From the IMG/VR virus record IMGVR_UViG_3300044769_000137: 35,292 nucleotides of DNA; one strand, given 5' to 3'. The notes beneath the pieces were generated by a model that saw only the letters and a program-made list of their open reading frames with translations, ran no database searches and was not told the origin of the DNA. Shown here one piece after another: positions 16,038 to 23,887 of the stretch (the stretch's first letter is position 1; each line of letters begins with the position of its first letter). Made by a program: the position numbers and the translations under genes. The stretch is from a virus.

Positions 16038-16453
16038 CGTCCTCGCTCCTTGGCCCGCTGCGCCACTTCGAGCTCGCGGGTCCACTCGCGCACCGGCGCA
16101 TAGCCCGCCGCCACCACGAACTGGCGGTACTCGAACTGGTTCAGGAACAGCACGCGGGCCAGGGCGTCGACCACGTGGCGGCGGGGCGGGTCGCGCTCCT
16201 CGTGCTCGATGCGGGTCAGGTACGACGGGTCGCAGCCCGCCTCGCGGGCCAGCCGGTTGCGCGAGATGTGCACCTGCGCCCGCAACCGCGTGAGCAACTC
16301 GCCGAAGGTCTCCCACTCGGCGGCGTCGGGTGAGGGGAGCGGAGCCGGCTCGAGGTCCCGCGATCGCTCGTGCTCCTGCTGGCGGAGCTGCTGCACCGCC
16401 GCCGCGTAGCCCCGCGCGTACTGGTCGTCGTGCGCCAGGGGCGCTGCGCTCAT
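16034..16453 (-). CDS. XRE/HTH_31-like helix-turn-helix protein (139 aa)
   Basis: FGELLTRLRAQVHISRNRLAREAGCDPSYLTRIEHEERDPPRRHVVDALARVLFLNQFEYRQFVVAAGY is the typical actinobacterial-style HTH. ATG at 16453 preceded by GGAGA. Confidence 0.65.
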   Translation of the reverse strand: MSAAPLAHDDQYARGYAAAVQQLRQQEHERSRDLEPAPLPSPDAAEWETFGELLTRLRAQVHISRNRLAREAGCDPSYLTRIEHEERDPPRRHVVDALARVLFLNQFEYRQFVVAAGYAPVREWTRELEVAQRAKERGR

Positions 16454-16458
16454 AGCTC

Positions 16459-16965
16459 TTATCTCCACCAGGCCAGCGGGAACAGCTCGGTGCCAATCAC
16501 CCCGAACAGGATCGGGTCCCGCCCGCGCGAGCTTCGACCAGACCAGCCGGTGATGTCCGACCCATCCGCAATGCTGAAGTGCTCAAAGAGTCCCGAAGCC
16601 TTGGCCGCCGCCAGGCTCTCCAGACACTCGGGCGGGATGAGCTTGTCGGTCCAGTCGATGCGCCGAGTTGGGATGCGCGGCATCGGCAGGTAGCCCGCCT
16701 CCACCGCCTTCAAGAACCGATCAGCGCGCTCGAGCCGATGCAGGCGCCGCGTCCGCTGCGATCGCCAGCGCGCGAGCTGGTCTGGCTCCTGGGCCGCACT
16801 GGCGGCCACTACCCCGCGCTCAGCCTCCTCCAGGGACAGGCGCCAATGGGTCGCCTCGGTCTGAGCTTCCGCCAGCACGGCATTCGCGTAGGCCTGGATA
16901 TCCGCCTTGCCCGCGACGATGGTGCGGACCACCATTGCTTGATTCTCCGTCGGCACCAGCTCCAT
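16459..16965 (-). CDS. Hypothetical protein (168 aa)
   Basis: An AGGAG RBS overlaps the upstream stop. The sequence is protein-like. No motif recognised. Confidence 0.6.
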   Translation of the reverse strand: MELVPTENQAMVVRTIVAGKADIQAYANAVLAEAQTEATHWRLSLEEAERGVVAASAAQEPDQLARWRSQRTRRLHRLERADRFLKAVEAGYLPMPRIPTRRIDWTDKLIPPECLESLAAAKASGLFEHFSIADGSDITGWSGRSSRGRDPILFGVIGTELFPLAWWR

Positions 16966-16967
16966 GG

Positions 16968-17384
16968 TTACTCCTTCCAGGTCTCGTTCCGCAGCAGCTC
17001 GAGGATGCGCCCGCGATCAGCGGGCCGCCACACGTCCACTACCACCCGCACCGTCGAGCACATCCCGTTGACCACCGCCGCGATGGAGCGGAGAGCGGCC
17101 AGCCACACTTCTTGCTCCTTCTTCAGCTTCCCGTTCTGGCGTTTGAGCTCGACGAGCACGAGGGTCGAGACCCCCGCCCGGTGGCGGATGGCCACCAGAT
17201 CCGGGAAGCCCTTCTGACTGCCGATCGAGTTGCGCGTGTGATAGATCGTGTCTCGAGGGAACCCGCACCAGAGCAGCAGGGTGATGACGTGGTTCTGCCA
17301 GACCGCCTCCGACATGCCCCGCGCCACCTGGCGGTCGTACTCCTCGAGCGTGACGGTGGGCGCGGGGGTGCGGACAGCCCTCAC
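16968..17384 (-). CDS. VRR-NUC domain nuclease (138 aa)
   Basis: KGFPDLVAIRHRAGVSTLVLVELKRQNGKLKKEQEVWLAAL is a PD-(D/E)xK VRR-NUC signature. GTG at 17384 overlaps the upstream stop (GTGA). Confidence 0.8.
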   Translation of the reverse strand: MRAVRTPAPTVTLEEYDRQVARGMSEAVWQNHVITLLLWCGFPRDTIYHTRNSIGSQKGFPDLVAIRHRAGVSTLVLVELKRQNGKLKKEQEVWLAALRSIAAVVNGMCSTVRVVVDVWRPADRGRILELLRNETWKE

Positions 17385-17899
17385 GCCGCGCCCGCCTCGT
17401 CGTCCTCGAACAGGCCCGGCTGCTCCTTCACGGTGCGGGCCATCAGCTTGAGGTCCTCGCGCCACGCGCCATAGGCCTCGAGCGTGGCGGTGAAGCCGGC
17501 GAAGTCGTAGGGCCGCAGGAGCGCGCTCCCGGTGTTCTCGTTCACCCCCGCCTTCTGGAGGGTCTCGAACATCAGGGCCTCGAGTTGGTGGTGGGTGAGG
17601 CCCAGGTCGAGGAGGTGGTCGGCGGAGAAGCACACCACGAAGTCCGCGTGGCTGTAGTGGCGCGCGAGCCCGCCGGGTTTGAGCAGGTTGGCCAGGATCG
17701 GCTCGCCCCGACTGGTGCCGCCCCGCGCCCGCCAGAGGTAGTCGAGCGAGAAATCCGCCAGCAGCTCGAAGTGCGTGGCGTGGCGGTCCATCACCGCATC
17801 GGCCAGGGCCTCGAGGTCCGGAGCGGGGAGGAAGGGCTGGCCCTTGAACTGGTCCTTGCCGGGTACGGCGAGCTGGTAGCTGAGCTGGGTAGTGGCCAT
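17381..17899 (-). CDS. Phage putative-metallopeptidase-like protein lacking the HExxH motif (172 aa)
   Basis: The overall pattern LDYLWRARGGTSRGEPILANLLK...ADFVVCFSADHLLDL...QLEALMFETLQKAGVNENTG...LRPYDFAGFTATLEAYGAWREDLKLM parallels the phage metallopeptidase family as I recall it. FETLQ sits where HELxH is expected. AGGAG RBS. Confidence 0.55.
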   Translation of the reverse strand: MATTQLSYQLAVPGKDQFKGQPFLPAPDLEALADAVMDRHATHFELLADFSLDYLWRARGGTSRGEPILANLLKPGGLARHYSHADFVVCFSADHLLDLGLTHHQLEALMFETLQKAGVNENTGSALLRPYDFAGFTATLEAYGAWREDLKLMARTVKEQPGLFEDDEAGAA

Positions 17900-17903
17900 T
17901 GAA

Positions 17904-18809
17904 TTACTCCTTCCGGGTGCGGAGGTTGGGGGCGTTGTCGGGGAAGCGGAGGACCTGGCACATCTCGGCCAGGCGTTGGCTGATGCGCTGGCCGAGATGG
18001 GTGGTCATCTCTCCTTCGGCCAGGTTGCTGGTGACGATGGTGGCCAGCTCGTAGTTGTGGCGATGGTTGAGGAGGGCGAACAGCTTTTCGGCCACCCAGT
18101 CGGTGACGCGCTCGGCGCCGAGATCGTCGAGCACCAGGAGGGTGATGGACTTGATGGCGTCCATCACCTGAGACTCGGCGGGGCTCCCGTCGCCACGTTC
18201 GCGGTTGTAGGTCTCGCGGATGCGGTCGAGGAGGTCCGGGGTCGCCACAAAGAGCGCGTCGCAGTGGGTGAGGGCGGTGCGCTCGCGCAGCGCGGAGATG
18301 GCGAGGCCGGTCTTCCCCACGCCGTAGCGACCGGCCAACAGGAGGCCGGGGCGCACCGGATCGCAGGCCCAGGCTTGGACAGTGGTGACCAGAGGAGCCG
18401 TGAGCGGGGATGGGGGGAAGGTGGCGAAGGTGGCGTCGGTGAAGCGGGGCGGGACCGACTGGCGGAAGAGGCGGGCGACGTGCTGCTCGGCGGAGGTGGA
18501 GCACGCGGTGCAGGGGATGGCCTGGCCGAAGCCGGGCTGTCCGGTGCGCAGGAGATGGTTCACCACCTTGCCCAGCCCGTAGCAGTATTGGCACCGAGCA
18601 GCCTCGGCTTTGGTATCGGTGCGACGGGGAGCCACGCCGTCGGGATCGGCCAGGAGCTGGCGATAGGCGACGAGCTCGGCATTCGGCTCAGAGGCCGCAG
18701 GAGGCGACGTAGCCGTCGTCGGGCTCGTTGGCGAAGCGGGGGTGACGCCAGGGCGTTCCCGCACCTCCGGTGGCAGAGCGTGGGGAAGACTGGCGGCCAG
18801 GGGCTCCAT
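17904..18809 (-). CDS. DnaC/IstB-like AAA+ helicase loader with N-terminal Cys4 motif (301 aa)
   Basis: Walker A GRYGVGKTGLA, Walker B LLVLDDLGAE, sensor TIVTSN. CQYCYGLG...CTAC lies upstream. ATG at 18809 is preceded by AGGAGG (9-nt spacer). No alternative start lies nearer the upstream stop. Confidence 0.85.
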   Translation of the reverse strand: MEPLAASLPHALPPEVRERPGVTPASPTSPTTATSPPAASEPNAELVAYRQLLADPDGVAPRRTDTKAEAARCQYCYGLGKVVNHLLRTGQPGFGQAIPCTACSTSAEQHVARLFRQSVPPRFTDATFATFPPSPLTAPLVTTVQAWACDPVRPGLLLAGRYGVGKTGLAISALRERTALTHCDALFVATPDLLDRIRETYNRERGDGSPAESQVMDAIKSITLLVLDDLGAERVTDWVAEKLFALLNHRHNYELATIVTSNLAEGEMTTHLGQRISQRLAEMCQVLRFPDNAPNLRTRKE

Positions 18810-19494
18810 GGGCTCGCTCCTCCTGCTGCTGGACGTCGCGCTGCAGCCAGCGCTTCACGTAGAGCTCGAGATTGGAATATTTGCGGGCGTTCTGGTGGGA
18901 GAGCGCGAGCGCGATGGTGTCGCGCACGAGGTCGGAACCGCCGAGGGGCTCGGCGAACTGGGTGAGCAGACGATCGACCGCGGCCTCGTCGATTTCCGGG
19001 GGGTGCGGCGCGGCGGAGCCGCGCACACTCCCACTGGAACCGGGCCGCGGGGAAGAAAGACTTTTTCCGGTACGTACCCCCTGTTCTACGTGGTTATGTT
19101 CTGGTGTTGAGTCACTCAACACGTTCGTGTTGAGTGACTCAACACGTTCGGCCTTTCGCGTTGAGTGGGTCAACACGTTCGCGTTGGACGCGTTGAGTGG
19201 GTCAACGTATTTAATGGAAGAACGCGTTGAGTGGGTCAACACGTGGCAGTGGTTAAGCTTCCCTCGTTTCTCGGTCTCGAGGTAGCCAAGCTCCCGCAAT
19301 TGGTCGAGGTGGGAGGCGACCGTGGAACGGTCCATTCCGAGCCGCTCGCCCAGTGTCACCTGCTTCGGATGACACCAGCCATCCGCATCGGCGTAGCTCA
19401 GGAGCGCGGCCAGCACCCGGAAGGCCGCGTGGGTGAGGTCAGGGTCCTCGATCGCCCCCGTCGGTATCTTGGCGTAGCGTCCCGCTGGGCTCAT
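18688..19494 (-). CDS. Replication initiator-like protein with N-terminal winged HTH (HTH_36-like) (268 aa)
   Basis: AFRVLAALLSYADADGWCHPKQVTLGERLGMDRSTVASHLDQLRELGYLE. ATG at 19494 overlaps the HNH stop (ATGA). It contains the iteron array in its linker, as in lambda O, and lies upstream of the DnaC-like gene. Confidence 0.75.
   Translation of the reverse strand: MSPAGRYAKIPTGAIEDPDLTHAAFRVLAALLSYADADGWCHPKQVTLGERLGMDRSTVASHLDQLRELGYLETEKRGKLNHCHVLTHSTRSSIKYVDPLNASNANVLTHSTRKAERVESLNTNVLSDSTPEHNHVEQGVRTGKSLSSPRPGSSGSVRGSAAPHPPEIDEAAVDRLLTQFAEPLGGSDLVRDTIALALSHQNARKYSNLELYVKRWLQRDVQQQEERAHGAPGRQSSPRSATGGAGTPWRHPRFANEPDDGYVASCGL
19106..19244. repeat. Five iterons GTTGAGT(SRS)TCAAC(AC)GT; candidate origin of replication
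   Basis: Copies at 19106-19126, 19129-19149, 19160-19180, 19192-19208 and 19226-19244. The first two contain the perfect dyad GTTGAG-TSA-CTCAAC. An AT-richer patch (gtatttaatggaagaa, 19207-19222) lies within the array. Confidence 0.75.
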
Positions 19495-19928
19495 CGGGAG
19501 TAGCCCAGCGCACGCTTCAGGGCCTGGCGAGCACGCCCTTCGGCGGCTGCCTTGCGGGAGTTGCACGTCCAGCAGAGCGTTTGCAGATTCGTTAACTCAT
19601 CCGACCCGCCTGCACTGAGTGCCACCACGTGATCGACCACCAGCCCGATCCCTACGAGGCCCTGGAACTGCTGCGGGTCCTGCGTAAAGCGCTGGGGCTC
19701 GCCGACCAACCCGCAGACTTGACAGGTAAAGGCATCCCGCGCAAAGACGAGGGGACGGAGACGCCGCTTCACCCGTTCCCAGCGCTGACGAGCAGCCTCT
19801 ACTTCCTTCGCGTGCTGGCTGTAGCGATAGAACTCCGATGCAGGGGCACCCGGCGATTCACGCACTCCCCGCTCCTGGTCACCGGGGAGGCAGAGGTCTA
19901 GTACGCGGTCCGTTAACCGCCAGCTCAT
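19491..19928 (-). CDS. HNH endonuclease (145 aa)
   Basis: CQVCG...VVDHVVALSAGGSDELTNLQTLCWTCNSRK. ATG at 19928 preceded by GGGAG. Confidence 0.85.
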   Translation of the reverse strand: MSWRLTDRVLDLCLPGDQERGVRESPGAPASEFYRYSQHAKEVEAARQRWERVKRRLRPLVFARDAFTCQVCGLVGEPQRFTQDPQQFQGLVGIGLVVDHVVALSAGGSDELTNLQTLCWTCNSRKAAAEGRARQALKRALGYSR

Positions 19929-19966
19929 CAACGTCTTCTCCCTTTTTGGCCGGCTGACTGGGGATC

Positions 19967-20002
19967 AAAAAAAGGCCCCGGGGCACTCGTCCCCCCGGGG
20001 CC
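19967..20002 (-). terminator. Rho-independent terminator
   Basis: Minus strand GGCCCCGGGG - 9-nt loop - CCCCGGGGCC, a perfect 10-bp GC stem, followed by TTTTTTT. It lies 8 nt after the stop at 20010. Confidence 0.8.
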
Positions 20003-20009
20003 GTCGATG

Positions 20010-20363
20010 TTAGCGGTGCGCGGTCTGGTCCTTACTCAGCTCCCGCACCAGGTTCGCAAGGAATTCGGCGCTGGCATATTTGCGCAGGGTGCGGGCCGCT
20101 GAGCTGGCGTCGTCCAGGCGAAGCGTGGTCGCGCGTGCGGTAAGGCCGGCCTCCAGCGCCGCCGCCCGCACACTGCGAAACTCACCGGCCGCCATGCGCT
20201 CGAGCAGGTCCGGCCGGTCCCGCGCAATGCGCGCCGTCAGGTAGTCGGCAGTATTTCCGGTGGCGAACGTGCCGCGCTCGGAGGCGGTGCGGGAGCTCGA
20301 GCGCCGGTCTCCGCCATTGGGGAGCAGCGGCGCCACGGCCTGGGCGCGCTCGGCGGGGGTCAT
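20010..20363 (-). CDS. Small DNA-binding-like protein (117 aa)
   Basis: ATG at 20363 overlaps the HNH stop (ATGA). ADYLTARIARDRPDLLERMAAGEFRSVRAAALEAGL resembles the HTH segment seen in KorB/ParB-like plasmid and phage proteins (from recollection). Confidence 0.5.
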   Translation of the reverse strand: MTPAERAQAVAPLLPNGGDRRSSSRTASERGTFATGNTADYLTARIARDRPDLLERMAAGEFRSVRAAALEAGLTARATTLRLDDASSAARTLRKYASAEFLANLVRELSKDQTAHR

Positions 20364-20857
20364 AGCAGCCGCTCCTGACGAATCGCCGGCACCGGCCCCA
20401 CGTGACGGCGGCGCTGGCCCTCGTTGCGATCGTGGTTGCACACGTGGCAGAGCGTGCGCAGGTTCTCATCCGTGGTCGGGCCACCCTCGTCGCGCGGCAC
20501 CACGTGATCGACCTCCAGGCGCACCGGCCAGCCGTCCAGCGCCAGCTCCGCGCTGCCCACGCCGCAGAGATGGCAGCGCGATCCGTCCCGCTCGAGGATG
20601 CGTATGCGTTGGGCCGCGCTGATCTCCCGCCCATCCCCGCGCGGCTCGTTCATCCGCGCCGGGAGCAGACGGCTATTCCCTCGCCCATCGAATTCAATCG
20701 GGTATCCCCTGGCCCGCAGCTTCCGCAGAGCGCGCGGCACGTCATCGCCCCCGGTCAGCGTGCGAAGAGTGCCATGAGTTACCCACTCCCCCAGATGGGC
20801 CTGCAGGTAGGTCACGATCAGCTGCGGGTTCGACGCCTTCCGTAGCGGCCCGCTCAT
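20360..20857 (-). CDS. HNH endonuclease with N-terminal winged-helix-like domain (165 aa)
   Basis: CHLCG...LEVDHVVPRDEGGPTTDENLRTLCHVCNHDRN. ATG at 20857 overlaps the methyltransferase stop (ATGA). Confidence 0.85.
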   Translation of the reverse strand: MSGPLRKASNPQLIVTYLQAHLGEWVTHGTLRTLTGGDDVPRALRKLRARGYPIEFDGRGNSRLLPARMNEPRGDGREISAAQRIRILERDGSRCHLCGVGSAELALDGWPVRLEVDHVVPRDEGGPTTDENLRTLCHVCNHDRNEGQRRRHVGPVPAIRQERLL

Positions 20858-22233
20858 ATCGACGTCGCCATCCGACGCGCGGCCGCCTCGATGTACTGCT
20901 GCGACTGGTCGTAGCCGATCGCCTGGCGCCCCAGCCGGTGGGCTACGACCACCGTCGTGCCGCTCCCCACGAACGGGTCGAGCACCGTATCGCCAGGAAA
21001 CGAAAAGAGCGTGATGAGCCGTTGGGGGAGCTCCTCCGGGAACGGAGCGGGGTGACCTTCCCACGGGTAGGACTCGCCCCGGAAGGACCACAGCCCATTG
21101 GTCCAGTCCAGCCAGTTCTCGCGGTCGATGCAGGCCGGTCCGTCCCGGTGCCACTCCTCGCGGTAGAACACCGCGATCATCTCCACCCGCGCGATCACGT
21201 GCGGGGCCGCCGCCGAGTCGACCGACCCGCGCGCCGTCGATTTGTTGATGTTGTTCTTGTTCCAAATGATCGTTGTCCGGTAGCTCCAGCCAGCCTCCAG
21301 CGCCGCGTCCACGGCCTGGGCGTAGCAGGGCCGCTCCACGGGCTCCGTCGTGTCGAGCGGCACATTGAGCGCCAGGCGCGCGCCACGCTTGCCCACCCGG
21401 TAAGCTTCCCGGAGGGAGTCAACCAGGAGCGCCCGCCATCCCCCGGCCTCGTCGCTCATCCCGTGGTAGGAAATGCCAACTCCATAGGGCGGGCTCGTGA
21501 CGATCAGGTGCACGGTCTCGTCGTCGAGCGGGAGATGGCAGGCGTCGGCTACCTCGAGCGTGACGGGGAGCAGGGCGCGGGCCACCAACGGTTTCGGCTC
21601 GGCGGCTTTCCTCGCGGCTTCCTGTTTGCGAACCACTTTGACCGCATCGGCCAGGGGCAACGACCCGTCATATACCTGCTTCGCCAGCTCCGGCGCGTGG
21701 TCTCGCACCTTCTTCGCGTCACGCATTTTCTGGCGACTCACTCCGAGTAACCTGGCCGCCCGCTCGGTTGCGTCCGGTCGATGCCGCACGATCTTCGGCG
21801 ATGGTTGCTCCCCCGCAATCCCAATGTCCGCCGGTATGGCGGACATTGGGATTGCGGGCTGCGAACGCTGATGATTGGCCTCTGCCACGGCTCGCCGCCG
21901 ATGCTCCGCGGCTTCATCGGCCAGGGCTCGCTCAATATTGAGGTTGACCACCATCATTTGGTCGTCGCTCAGCTGGCGGCGCCGAAGATTCACACTCACG
22001 ACAAACTGCACCAGCGAGCCCTGGCCGTGCCAGTCGCGGAACAACGGAGCCACGCCGCACTCGAGGCACGCGCGATACCGATGGCGACCGTCGATGATCT
22101 GCCCCTCGTACAACCAGATGGGGTCGATCAGGCCGTGGGCGCGGATGTCCTCCACCAGCGCCGCGTATTCATCCGGGCGCAGCGCAGGGAAAAGCTCGGC
22201 GACCGGGTGGAAGGCGAGGGGCTCGTTGGTCAT
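20854..22233 (-). CDS. ParB-like N-terminal domain fused to a beta-class N6A/N4C DNA methyltransferase (459 aa)
   Basis: ParBc signature IIDGRHRYRAC. Motif IV is IVTSPPYG, followed later by motif I LDPFVGSGTT (the IV -> I order defines beta class). ATG overlaps the upstream stop (ATGA). Confidence 0.9.
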   Translation of the reverse strand: MTNEPLAFHPVAELFPALRPDEYAALVEDIRAHGLIDPIWLYEGQIIDGRHRYRACLECGVAPLFRDWHGQGSLVQFVVSVNLRRRQLSDDQMMVVNLNIERALADEAAEHRRRAVAEANHQRSQPAIPMSAIPADIGIAGEQPSPKIVRHRPDATERAARLLGVSRQKMRDAKKVRDHAPELAKQVYDGSLPLADAVKVVRKQEAARKAAEPKPLVARALLPVTLEVADACHLPLDDETVHLIVTSPPYGVGISYHGMSDEAGGWRALLVDSLREAYRVGKRGARLALNVPLDTTEPVERPCYAQAVDAALEAGWSYRTTIIWNKNNINKSTARGSVDSAAAPHVIARVEMIAVFYREEWHRDGPACIDRENWLDWTNGLWSFRGESYPWEGHPAPFPEELPQRLITLFSFPGDTVLDPFVGSGTTVVVAHRLGRQAIGYDQSQQYIEAAARRMATSI

Positions 22234-23678
22234 CGCCCCACCGCCGGCGCGGCCTTCGCCTGCGCCGCCTTGGCCTCCGCCCGCAGGGTCGTGAAGGCGT
22301 CCTCGAGGTCTGCGATGCGAATGGGCAGGATCAGCGGCGGCTGGGGGTGGAGCTCATCCGCCGTGCGCTCCAGCAGCGTCAGCCAGCCCCGCCAGCGCTG
22401 ATCCTGGGGATCGCTGATGGAGGGCTCGCCCAGGAGGTCCGTCGCCTCCTCCGGTTCGGGCTCCGGCTCCCACTCAGGTCCTGGCTCCTCCTCGTCGTCC
22501 GGCTGCCACACCAGCGCCGCCGCCGCCGCCAGGAGCCCGGCCGCGTCGGCCTCGGTCGCCCGCCCCAGGAAGGTGGCCAACGAGTCGGTCACCAGCTCCG
22601 GCCGCGCCGCATACCGCTCTCGCGTGTAGGCGTGCACCAGCTCGTGGCGGGCGAGCGGCGTCTCCAGCCGCGTGCCCCGCACCGCCGCGAACCAGCGCTG
22701 GCGATAGTGCTGCGGATCACAGGGCGGATCGCCCCGCGTGAGGTTCTCCCGCTGGCGCTCGGTCGGCTCCTCGACCCAGGCCTCGTCGAGGTCCAGGTCC
22801 GGCCCCTCGAGCTCCAGGATCTCCATGGTCGGCGAGGGGAGCTGCGCCACCTTCAGGCTCGCCCCCTCCGCCAGCGCCGCCGAGAGCAGCCCCCGGAAGT
22901 TCGGGCTGGCGAGCTGGATGCTGGCCGGCGGTCGGAAGGCCAGCGTCCACACCATGATGTCGCGCTTCCGCCCGTTGGGGCCGCTCACCTCGCGCGGCGT
23001 GAGCTGCAGCTCGAACGGGATGCCCGCCAGCCGCCCGCCCGAGAAATCCCGCTGGATGTGCTGCAGGGTGCCCACCAAGCTCTGATACGAGTGGCGGCTG
23101 GTGAACCGCAGCCGATACCACTGGCCCACCCCGTCCGGAAAGTCGATGATGGGCTGCGTCCCCTCCCAGTGGGCCAGGGTGAAGAACACCGAGACCTCCA
23201 CCTTGCAGGTCCGCAGGATCGCGTCGTAGCCCGGGTCCGTCGAGCGGTAGACCTTGCGCTCCACCTGCTCGTTCTTCTCCTCGCCCCGCACCACGATCTC
23301 GGTCAGGCCGTCCGCGTCCCCGTAGACCTGCAGCGAGGACGCCGAGTGCCGCGTGAAACGGGCCTGCAGAATGTCCCCCAGCCGGTTCGACGCGAAGGCG
23401 ATACACAGCGAGCGGTACGCGGTGGCCTCCAGCGCGCGCAGCAGCCCCGGGGCCTGGCTGTGCTCGTCGTGCAGGCTGATGCGCCCGTCGCGGTTCATCA
23501 CGGGATAGCCCTGCTCGTTCTTGCCGCCGGCGCTGATGGTGGCCAGCCAGTTGGCCCTCGGCTCCGCGAGCCGCATGCCTCCCGGCGCGTACACGTCCAG
23601 CATCACGTACTCGTCGTCGTGCCCCCGGACCTCGGGGTCGACGAGCTCGCCGGTGTCGTGATCCAGAATGCGCGTCAT
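22230..23678 (-). CDS. Hypothetical early protein (482 aa), function not recognised
   Basis: Long protein-like ORF. ATG at 23678 overlaps the upstream stop (ATGA). The C-terminal third is acidic and low-complexity. Its position suggests a recombination or replication role, but I cannot support that. Confidence 0.7.
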   Translation of the reverse strand: MTRILDHDTGELVDPEVRGHDDEYVMLDVYAPGGMRLAEPRANWLATISAGGKNEQGYPVMNRDGRISLHDEHSQAPGLLRALEATAYRSLCIAFASNRLGDILQARFTRHSASSLQVYGDADGLTEIVVRGEEKNEQVERKVYRSTDPGYDAILRTCKVEVSVFFTLAHWEGTQPIIDFPDGVGQWYRLRFTSRHSYQSLVGTLQHIQRDFSGGRLAGIPFELQLTPREVSGPNGRKRDIMVWTLAFRPPASIQLASPNFRGLLSAALAEGASLKVAQLPSPTMEILELEGPDLDLDEAWVEEPTERQRENLTRGDPPCDPQHYRQRWFAAVRGTRLETPLARHELVHAYTRERYAARPELVTDSLATFLGRATEADAAGLLAAAAALVWQPDDEEEPGPEWEPEPEPEEATDLLGEPSISDPQDQRWRGWLTLLERTADELHPQPPLILPIRIADLEDAFTTLRAEAKAAQAKAAPAVGR

Positions 23679-23887
23679 CGGGTACTCCTCTCTTCGCTCG
23701 CGTCCGCTAGGGCTTCCAGCGCGTTCGCCTGCCGCAGGGTCAGGGACAGCAGGGCCTCGAGGCTCCGCTCGATCCGCTGCAGGATGAGGGTCTGCTCGTA
23801 GAGCAGCGTGGCCAGCGGCTCGGCCGCCACCAGCGCCGCACTCCGCCGCTCGTCGGCCTCCCAGTCGAAGGTGCCCGGTACGTTCAC
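23675..23887 (-). CDS. Hypothetical helical protein (70 aa)
   Basis: GTG at 23887 overlaps the upstream stop (GTGA). VNVPGTFDWEADERRSAALVAAEPLATLLYEQTLILQRIERSLEALLSL... Confidence 0.5.
   Translation of the reverse strand: MNVPGTFDWEADERRSAALVAAEPLATLLYEQTLILQRIERSLEALLSLTLRQANALEALADASEERSTR

Noticed and set aside
19106-19244. Whether the short repeats could be a CRISPR array.
   Set aside because: The units are 17-21 bp with 2-15 bp irregular gaps and no spacer-like unique segments. They lie inside a coding region next to replication genes, which is iteron architecture, not CRISPR.
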